From positions 9,302,001 through 9,366,000 of the forward strand of contig CM119371.1 in assembly GCA_051294905.1 (NCBI GenBank): 64,000 nucleotides of DNA, in the 5' to 3' direction. This document shows, one piece after another, positions 55,201-64,000 of this stretch. The notes under the pieces are model-generated. The model was not told the DNA's origin, searched no databases, and saw nothing but the letters and a program-made list of their open reading frames with translations. The DNA is from Botryllus schlosseri (Eukaryota). Position 1 is the first letter of the stretch; every line of letters begins with the position of its first letter. A program made the translations under genes and the position numbers.

Positions 55201-58200
55201 AACGTCAAAATTCGACACTTGCGACCTATTTTACGACATGCTGTCGTAATATAGAGTTCATGGTGTGCTTTGGGCTTGGCGTGCGTCACAATCCTTAAAG
55301 AGCTGTACGAACCTCTTTCAAAACGGCTCAAGGAACATTCATACGCGAAATCCGGAAGACAACGTATAATCGAAGACCGTTATGTTTAGACAGCACAATT
55401 TATCGACATTTGGCAGTAGGATAGCGACTCGCACTTCTTTCAAATGCACGTTACAATAACACCTTTCCGTCGTCACAGACGGGTGCGAGAAATGATTAGT
55501 GATTTCGAAGGGTTGCCAACGGGGGAAGGGGGGAAAGGTCTAAGAATCACTGGTGGCTGGTGTAAATCATTGTTTTAAATCCTACATGTCTGCCTCCATA
55601 CGTCCCTACATAACCAGGTCGTACTCTATTCATGCTTGTTCAAATTCTTCAGGTATAATTTGATTAGCCTATAGTGTTTCGATGTATCGCGTGGTTTAGG
55701 ATTTTGAAGCAAGTTGTGTTTTCGTGTGCCATCATTTGGGTGGGAATACTCCCTTTGTAGCTAAAGAGTGTCGCCATCAACATTGATTTATTCCAATTCC
55801 ATGTTTACAGACCAGTGGCAGTCGTGAATGAGGCGCCAACCCAAGGAGAGGACGTGGCGGAGACCGCGTTTGGACCGGAGACTTCTGCGGGTCAGCAGAT
55901 AGCCACGTTACAGCCGCACGCTCAAACATACGAGAACGAGGTCATCAAAGCACCAATTGTTCAGCAAGACAAATTCGGGGACGTGATAGATTCAACTGTT
56001 CAATCAGATGAGGAGAAAAGCGTGGTCGTTCAAACAGGTTCGGGAGAGTCGGCTGGGATCCAAAATACACCTGATCAAGCCACGCCACAGCCGGACTCTT
56101 CAGCATACGAGAATGAGTTCATCAAAGCACCAGTTGTTCAGCAAGAGGAATTCGGTGACGTGATAGATTCAACCGTTCAATCAGATGAGGAGAAAAGTGT
56201 GGTCGTTCAAGCAGATTCGGGAGAGTCGGCTGGGATCCAAAATTCACCTGGTCAAGTCACGCCACAGCCGGACGCTTTAACATACGAGAATGAGTTCATC
56301 AAAGCACCAGTTGTTCAGCAAGAGGAATTCGGTGACGTGATAGATTCAACCGTTCAATCAGATGAGGAGAAAAGTGTGGTCGTTCAAGCAGATTCGGGAG
56401 AGTCGGCTGGGATCCAAAATTCACCTGGTCAAGTCACGCCACAGCCGGACGCTTTAACATACGAGAATGAGTTCATCAAAGCACAAGGATTTCAGCAAGG
56501 GGAAGTCGGAGACGTGATAGATTCAACTGTTCAACCAGATGAGGAGAAAAGCGTGGTCGTTCAAGCAGATTCGGGAGAGTCTGCTGGGATCCAAAATTCA
56601 CCTGGTCAAGTCACGCCACAGCCGGACGCTTTAACATACGAGAATGAGTTCATCGAAGCACCAGTTGCCCAGCAAGAGGAAGTCGGCGACGTGATAGATT
56701 CAACTGTCCAGTCAGATCAGAAGAAAAGCGTGGTAGTTCAAGCAGATTCGGGACAGCCGGCTGGGATCCAAAATACACCTGATCAAATGTCGTCGTTGAA
56801 CCGACTCAAGGCTCGACTCAAATCTGTCTTCGACTATACCCTATGCTGTCAACCGATATACATCCTTGCATTCATATCCAGCATGTTGTACTGGTCGGCC
56901 TGGGTGAGCAAGCGTACACTATGAGAATCAATGGGTGGAGAATAGCTGTATTTAACGTATTTTATTTCCGTCGTGACCGTGGGGCGTAAATCCGTCACAC
57001 GGCACTTGCATGTACCGAATTTTGGTTTCGTACCCATTCCCATGAATCAAATACATCATCCCGTTAGGGGATTTATTCCGGGGGGCTGTGGGTTCTGTTA
57101 ACGTGAGGGTTACCATAAGTCCTCATTAGGAGGATTAGCCTCCCTTTTCCCGTTCTTGAAAATGTTATCCGAGGACTCCTATATCACCTCCTTTTTGACC
57201 ATTCGTTCGCCAAATTGTACAGCTGAGATAATGGACAGATTCGAGTGAACATCGGCATAAATGACGCAAAATAGCAAACACGGACGTTCGAGCAGAAATT
57301 TCGTAACAGCGTGTAAATCGGTATTCGAACGAAAGTGATGACCTTTTTTAATATTTTAGTCGAAAACTTGCCCAACTGAGCACTGATCATAGTGATCATG
57401 ATAAAGAAATGACCGGATTTATAATTTTACAAATAGTTTTTCAATTCCAGCTTGCAATATTTAACGTTATTGAGCTGTAATCTGACTGCGGTTGGTTGCG
57501 CTGCGTATTCGCTAAATATATAGTATATTTTCCGACGGGTCTGATCTCGTTCGTGTATATCACTTCGACGTAACATGCAACAAGCCCGTCTTGCAGACAC
57601 AGAGACCACGACATGGCGAGGTTTTTCTTTATGGAACTATGTAAATATTTTCGAATTTATTCGATTTCATAACACGTACGTATATTGATGCGATAAGAGT
57701 ATAACGGCGTGGCAACTCCTATCAAGTTACAGTCTAATTACAGTTACAATCAGGGTTGTAGTGACTCGAATCATGACTCGACTCAAGTCCGACTCAAGTC
57801 ACGATTTTCTGATGACTCGACTTGATTCGGGTCATTGCACATGACTCGAACCAAGTCACGTGACTATAGACTCAGACAGCCAAGACCGACATTTCATTGT
57901 AATTTCGAATAATAGTAAAGCAACCGAACTATTGATATTTAATCTATTGGTACTTTTGAAACTTGAAAATACAACCAGAAACAGCTAAAAACTGAGGAAA
58001 ATTATAATATCATTAATGCGAACCATTCGATATCACCGAACAGAGGTATAAAATGGCTTTAGCAATACTTAAACTGGAAAATGAGCAGTCAACACAATGA
58101 CTCGGATTCGACCCTCTGCTCGCTGACTCGGACTCGGACTTGACTCGGTGGTGAATTGAAAATGACTCGACTTGGCTCAAGACAAAATTGTCCAAGTGAG

Positions 58201-61200
58201 ATTGACTTGTGACTCGGAGCCTTGTGACTTGGTTACAATCCTGGTTACAATCCTAATTACAATCCTAATTCAATTTGGTATCACGATCAATTCCAAGCTC
58301 GTGTCCAGTAGCAAATCAAATTTATTCCCAGTATTGAAACGAAACAAAATGGTAATTAGTTTATGCTAGCTGCTGTTTTGTAATCTGTCAGAATATGTGA
58401 GCTGTCGTTTCCGTTTCCGTATTTGCAGGCGGGGATTGCGTATCTTATGTTACCACTGGGAACGAACCGCTTGGAAATGGAGACCGAGGATGCGGTCAAG
58501 CTCATTATGACACTCGGGGCCGGAGAGTTTTCCGGAAAATTTGTAAGCGGCTTTCTCTGTGAATGGAGCCGTGTAAACAAGTGGGTCAAACAGAGGTTAT
58601 ATTTCTGATTACAAAATTGGCCGAGACTGTGGTGCAACACAAGACTCATGATAAAGTATCAAATATCAAACTTGTGCTTATAACAGGTGATCACTGGTAA
58701 GTAACGAAGTAGGCCTACTTTTGTGAACCTGCACTACTCGCTGCACTCAACAAGGAAGTAGTTCTACTTAAAGGGGGTACTGCAGTAGGTAGATAACTTG
58801 GCCAAATTTGGTGTTTACGAATAGAACGGTAGTTCCGATACACATCTTACTCATCACCCCCGTTTTAAGCTCAGCATACCTTTATCCCCGGTCTAAAGCG
58901 ATGATTCTTAAACTGTGCCTCCACAGATTCTCGGGTGTGCTGCGAATCTTTTTTAATTTAATAAGAACACGTTATGACTAGGTAAAACATAACGTGATTG
59001 CATTCAGGCATGCGACGTAACTGATTCCTATTTGATGAATGAGAACTGCGACCATTAAAATGTAACTAATTATGACGTTGCCGATGAGTAGGCTAGGTGC
59101 TGCGTGTCGAAGAGAGGTCTTTCGTTTCCCGCTCTTAGAGAATCAACTCGTCAACAAACTATTCCACAAAGCACGAGCACACTGCCGGGCATTGATCTTG
59201 CATGGTAATATTAGTTTTCAGGATCTGTTGTGATGCGTTTTTAGATGGGAAGTTAGCCCATTTTGGATTACATATCGAGGTCCCCTATCAAATCTTATAT
59301 CATGATAAGTACATAAGCAATCAGACTTTAATTGACATTTGAATCCATGCGTTATTAATGCAGTGCTTCTCAACCTGTTGGTCTTCGCGCACCCCCTTTG
59401 TACCGTCACGGCCCCTGCGGACACCTCAGGGGCCAAGGTTTAGTGCAAATTTAGCTCAATAATCCTACAGCCGACATCTGTATTGTGCAAATTTTAACTG
59501 TAGGGCAGTGATGAACAGAAATACTCTTTTTTTTTGAAATCAACATACTATTTATGCAGAAATTGGGATAACATTTGTTATTTTGAAGCGAATTCTGTAG
59601 CTGCATTCATTAAAATACGCGGTCGAGTCTTGAAAATCCGCCCCGTTGATTTGGTATGAGCTAGTACCGAAAATCCTTTTCCACAATGACGGTGCCGAAT
59701 GTAATAATAAGACGTAACGCTTCCGACGACATCTTCGGGCATAATCGCAAGTAGCATATTTGGCACCATAATTTAGAAACAAAATTTTAATGAACATACA
59801 ACGTCTAACATAACGTTCAGCAGCTTATACTGAAGTTATAACGGGATAGCGGGTATTTATATCACAGGAAAATTAATTTTTGCAAACAAATTTTTCACAC
59901 AGCCCAACAAAACTTCTCGAAACAGGAACGTGTTTAGGCGATTGGCAATTTGGAATTGAAATAAACCTTGCACAGTAGAATATTTCAAGTCAGATGGCCA
60001 TTCTGGTTATGTGGGTCCCGAAGTTGTAGCGGTTATGGAGCGAAATTGCCTCGTGATTTATCTAATTTATAAACTACAAATTAAGTTTATCGACCATTTT
60101 GCAAATTTGGAGGTTCCCTTAAAATGCTTCGCGGACTGCGTTAATGCATTCATGACTGTGAGCACAGCTTCTTTTTCTAGTCAACCAACGTAAAATTCGG
60201 TAGAAAGCCGGTAATTCAGGATTTGAGCCGGATTTTTTTCAACCGACAACAAAGTCGGGAAAATTCTATCATTTTTTCTGATTTTACTCCAGTGTTGCAA
60301 GGCAGAAAATTTTGAAAATGTGTCCTCTTTTCGGATTTCCAAAATATGGTAACTCTATCTTCATACCATCTTGACCAATCATGCCTAAGGAATGCCTTCG
60401 ATGTTCGGTAGCACACGTGAGCAATTGTTTTCAACAATAAAATTCGCGTGGAGCAAACTACGATCGCGCATATCCGATGCCCATTTAGAAAATATTCTAG
60501 CGCTTGCTTTATCTGACTTGATCCAGAAGTTAAAAAGAAAACTTTCAAAACGAAAGCAGCATCAAGTGTCGCATTAATGCTGTGTTGCTTGAATGTGAAT
60601 ACATTTCCTCTTTTTGTGATGGATATGATTGAGATCGCAGAAATGTAGCGCAACATACTGAAGTGAGTGTGAATTATAGTATGAAAAGTCCGGCCCGCCA
60701 ACGGTTTGTACACTCGGCATTCGCCCCGTTTCTAGCAAAAGGTTACACATCATTTTTCTAAGGCAACTTTTTGTTAGAGTGCCGCGAGCGTTTTATAGTT
60801 TGTCTAGTGTGCCACAAGTCAAAAGGTTTTAGGACCCACTGCTCATAAGTAAGGTTATCCTTATATTTTCCGTATAGTATTCGATTGGGTGGTATCGACT
60901 TACTCCAGTAGTTATGCTTGTATACTATTTCTACTTCATCCGTTTTTTCGGCTCCGTGTCTCAAACCCGCCTACTTAGGGAACCACAGATCGTTTTGACT
61001 ACTACATTCAACATCTACTAAACGGGTTGTTGATGCCAAGATACTTCACTACATTTTGGATTCTGAGTTAGACGGGGAGGTAACCCTATATAATGTGAAG
61101 TAACAATTTGTTAAAAAGTCCACTTGTTTAGATGGTCATTTATTTTGGATTCAACAGTAGCCATTTCCGGGGTATTATTTACTTCACGCCAATTCTAGAC

Positions 61201-62853
61201 TCTTTATGGAAATTTGCATTATTTCCATTTACTCGCATTCACGACGTAATTTAAGATCGCATTTGATCAACACTAGGCATTGAATGCATGGATTTTTCAC
61301 ATGCAATTCCAATCCAATCGAAACGAAAATTCGGTATAGTAAATATATGGAGTATTAGAGGTTGTATGTTTAGTCAATGGTAATTGTAAATTGGTTAAAC
61401 ATGGGTAATTGCAAGTTGGTTAAACATGGATAGCATTGTGTAACCACTCAAACTCCAGTACTTCGGTATGGCCAAGATGACATTATAAGGGATGGGCGGA
61501 CAAAGTTCACTTTTTCTGCAGCGGAAAGTTATATTTAACGCGAAACAGTAACTTCATATTGTAAATTTACTCGCTAAAAGCTTTTCGACTAGTCGACTCT
61601 CAAAGGTAGCGAACGTCAGTAATAAGGTGAATCAAACTCGAAATGTAGAAAGTATTTCGTCTTTATGACGAAACAATAACAAAAACAAACAACTGCGTTA
61701 CGGTCGTAACGAGATAAAACAAACGCAATACTCAAAGTTCAGAGGCGAGATCGCCTGTCGCTTAGATAGACCCTACTTGTTTTTTCGCCTCTGATCGCTG
61801 GATATCAGACTTGTAAAAAATTCCAATCTAATGTTAGTTGACGGTCAAGTAACTACTGTTTTACTTGTTTAAAAGTGAGTATAATGCTATTTCTTATTCT
61901 AGCTGCGCATTTAATATAATCTGTTGCCTAACAACTAGAAAATATGTGTCGCCGTTCGGCGTGCATCGCGATCCTGCGTCTTAGTTGTGTGATGTCTCTG
62001 CAGCTAGAGAGCTCAGAGCCATCGCTATCAACAGTGGCATATAGTCGTGAGTTTTGGGAGTTCCTGATTTGGGGGTCGAAACCCCTCAAACTTCCAACTC
62101 GAAAGCCTGGTCCTCTGCATTACTGATTCTATCTCCGCCATCCTTTTCATCTTCTATAGCGAAAAAGTAAAAAATCAGTGAGCTGCTTCGAAATTGAAAC
62201 TCGTTAGTGTATAGTGTTTAAGTTGGTTAGTTAGTGACGGACCATTTTAAAAGTCGCTAGTTCTAGTTTCAGTTCCAGCTGCTTGTGTTGAAAAGTGAAA
62301 ATTTCTAGTTCTAGTTGTAATTGCGTACATTTTCTGTCCAACAGCCTGTACAAATATGCTGCATTTGTCTCTGTGGATATGACGTTGCTTCGTTACTAAC
62401 GAAATTTTACTCTTTAAGGGCCTTTCTGCTAGCCTTCACGAACGTGCTCGCCGCGATCTTTACATCCGCCATAACATTGTCTCGAGATCACGACATAGTG
62501 TTATTCCTGTCGTTCGTCCTTGGACTGACCTATGCGCCATTTGGTAGCCAGTACGTGGTGCTGTATGCTGATGTCTTCGGGTCAGAGAAGATAACGCACG
62601 CTATGAGCATCGACGGATTTGTAGCCACTCTGCCGACATTTCTGGTTACTCTGATTCTAGGTACGTTGGAGTCGGCGATGATTGCTTCCTGTAATAATCA
62701 ATCTTTCCTGTAATTCCAGGTGCATTAATCGATCGGACTAAAGATGTTGTCGTTTCGTTTCACACATGTACAGGAATTACGGCTGCCAATGCAATTTGCG
62801 TCCTTTTCATCGGTTTGCTGCAAGGATGGAATGCCGGCGTCAATGTGGCTTAG
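37077..62853 (+). CDS. MCT/SLC16-like MFS transporter, gene B, complete 7-exon CDS (37077-37284, 44217-44357, 52564-52789, 55811-56903, 58429-58580, 62419-62660, 62720-62853), 2196 nt, about 731 aa
   Basis: All introns are GT-AG, phases are compatible and the total length is divisible by 3. MCT-like motifs: QPD before TM1, TEF, RYYIKHRSIVAG, EEYDWHTG, VYRP at the end of TM6, FDYTL, DVFGSEKITHA, GALIDRT. Confidence 0.88.
38213..39538 (-). mobile_element. Non-autonomous hAT, copy 1 (contains the 38467-38882 insertion)
   Basis: TIR tagggcaattttttt / aaaaaaatcgccctc, perfect TSD gttatcag. Confidence 0.9.
38467..38882 (-). mobile_element. Hairpin repeat insertion with an 11-bp TSD and dense T>C (minus-strand A>G) substitutions; putative retrocopy of ADAR-edited RNA
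   Basis: catgaaaaaac at 38456-38466 and 38883-38893; empty site in the sister hAT at about 39852; arms compared by eye with copies at 1871-2035 and 8510-9050. Confidence 0.8.
39608..40484 (-). mobile_element. Non-autonomous hAT, copy 2, with a dimerisation-domain remnant (39931-40090)
   Basis: TIR tagggcaatttt / aaaattgcccta, perfect TSD ataataag; peptide CQPTNAAVEPSFSVL.......R.F..EN.....LYYN. Confidence 0.9.
43565..44170. mobile_element. Old diverged copy of the GACTCGAGTC hAT MITE
   Basis: cagggttt start, gactc motifs, ttgtgacttggttac end. Confidence 0.6.
46183..46219. repeat. (CT)n microsatellite
   Basis: Pure CT run of about 18 units. Confidence 0.95.
48550..51680. repeat. Satellite array, ~79-bp unit built from two ~40-bp subunits, with ~395-bp higher-order periodicity
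   Basis: Unit aatctaatttgtgataacaactgtgtcgctatgattctaattctactccaatttgggaaatatttttgcggaaattag; variant ctgcaactggtcgcta recurs at about 49433, 49830, 49989, 50385, 50859 and 51255. Confidence 0.93.
53643..54843. mobile_element. Non-autonomous hAT with a nested MITE (54301-54625)
   Basis: TIR cagggccgggcaac / gttgcccgtccctg, perfect TSD atctagtc; inner cagtggtttt..aaacactg with TSD atgtatga/ctgtatga. Confidence 0.88.
54915..55155 (-). mobile_element. tRNA-derived SINE-like element
   Basis: The minus strand has a box-A-like ggtagtggt and box B gggttcgattcc; its 3' part resembles 23130-23195 and 28505-28570. Confidence 0.55.
55902..56787 (+). repeat. Coding tandem repeat, 5 x 177 bp (59 aa), in exon 4 of gene B
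   Basis: The Tyr codon of YENE recurs at 55929, 56106, 56283, 56460 and 56637 (period 177), and the frame stays open. Confidence 0.95.
57751..58243. mobile_element. hAT MITE (GACTCGAGTC family)
   Basis: cagggttgta..tacaatcctg, perfect TSD gttacaat. Confidence 0.88.
59361..60752 (+). mobile_element. Decayed Buster/Charlie (GTF2IRD2-like) hAT element
   Basis: Left TIR cagtgcttctcaacct; peptide SMFGST.EQLFS.IK...SKLRSRISD.HLE..L.......Q.SH at 60392-60577. Confidence 0.75.
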
Positions 62854-63014
62854 ACCACGCAATGAAATTGACAGTGAAGACAGCGAGAAGTCATCATTGA
62901 TCTGGAAGTTGATCTAATGCCACGTTAATTTAACATTGCCTGCCGATTGGCTAATTTTTGGTGGTCAAACTCTCGAACAATAATAAATCGAAATCTGTTC
63001 ATTCCTCGTAGCTA

Positions 63015-63600
63015 TTAGGGGTGATGCAATCGTGAGGTTCACGTTCGCGTTCGCGTTTTGCGTATGAATTGTCAGAAATTTAGAGGTTAATGTTCGACGA
63101 ACCTTGTTAGGTTCTGCACTGTGAAACTTTTTTTCACGTCGTGTGATAGCATCTTTGGTTGAAATTCATTTCATTTCTACTTCGGACCACTCCATGTGTG
63201 GTGCAGGCAGCATGCATAAAATCAACATGAAACTATGCACCTTGTCAACCTCAAATATTTACTTGATTAGTTCCAAAAGCTGGCTCGAAATATCCAGCTT
63301 TGCGTTTGTGAGTATTTAGTGACTTTGCTGTGAGCTTGATCCGCAATCACGCAACATCAAGAATGAAACACGCTACATGCAGGTTGTCCGCAAATGATGC
63401 ATATTCAAGCAATCAGTGAAATTGATAAAGAATACATGGTTGTCTAATGTGGAAAATCCAGCAGGCGTACGGGACCCATCATGACTTGATATGTTTGTTG
63501 CATCATAAAAACCATATCAGTGCCTATGGCGTGTTGGCTACGGTATAGCACGTTTATGCGGTAATATCGGTAGCAAGCAGATTTGGACAAGTAGAAAATG
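63015..63600. mobile_element. hAT-like fragment related in inverted orientation to 35870-36385
   Basis: taggggtg start; gactttgctgtgagcttg and atatcggtagcaag blocks are shared in reverse complement. Confidence 0.55.
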
Positions 63601-63604
63601 CTCA

Positions 63605-63835
63605 GCTTTTCTAAATTAGATTAGAATTAGAATTTGAGCTGCGTAGTTTTTTCGAAATTAGATTAGAATATTAGAATTAGAGTTACAAGATTTTTCCAAA
63701 TTAGATTAGAATTATAATTAAGAGCTTCACATCTTTTCTCAAATTAGATTAGAATTAGAATTAGAGCTACACTGTTTTTTCTAAATTAGATTAGAATTAG
63801 AATTGGAATTTATGAATTCGCAATAAATTGAGAAT
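63605..63835. repeat. Short ~42-bp tandem array related in reverse complement to the 48550-51680 satellite
   Basis: aaattagattagaattagaattagagctacac is the reverse complement of the gtgtagct...tctaattctactctaattt subunit. Confidence 0.75.
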
Positions 63836-64000
63836 TGAATGATATTGTGAATTATAAATAAATACAGCGCAAACCAAGCTCAGTTCATATCAAATCACAT
63901 TGCATTTTCGGAAACGTAAGAATGGTTTAAGTCCGTACATCAAGCTTGTCTCGTTTTGCACTATACCAGGGGTAACCAACACGCGGGCCACATGCGGCTA

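Noticed and set aside
55815..56924. 369-aa ORF as a stand-alone gene
   Set aside because: It is bounded by splice sites (55810/55811, 56903/56904) and is exon 4 of gene B.

Overview
AT-rich, repeat-dense eukaryotic (animal) genomic DNA. A marine invertebrate such as a tunicate is plausible, but the taxon cannot be established from the sequence. The + strand carries two tandem intron-containing paralogues of a divergent monocarboxylate-transporter-like gene (SLC16/MCT, MFS). Gene A shows only its last 4 coding exons (4186-11385). Gene B has a complete 7-exon CDS (37077-62853, about 731 aa) whose central loop is expanded by five 59-aa acidic repeats. Introns and the intergenic region are filled with nested non-autonomous DNA transposons: several hAT families with 8-bp TSDs, plus pogo-, Academ- and Chapaev-like remnants and a foldback element. 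There are also LINE 3' ends, a tRNA-derived SINE and a 3-kb ~79-bp satellite with higher-order structure. The most striking observation is a 416-bp hairpin insertion at 38467-38882 with an 11-bp TSD. Both of its arms carry dense same-strand T>C changes (A>G on the minus strand) relative to sister copies, as expected of an ADAR hyper-edited dsRNA reverse-transcribed back into the genome.
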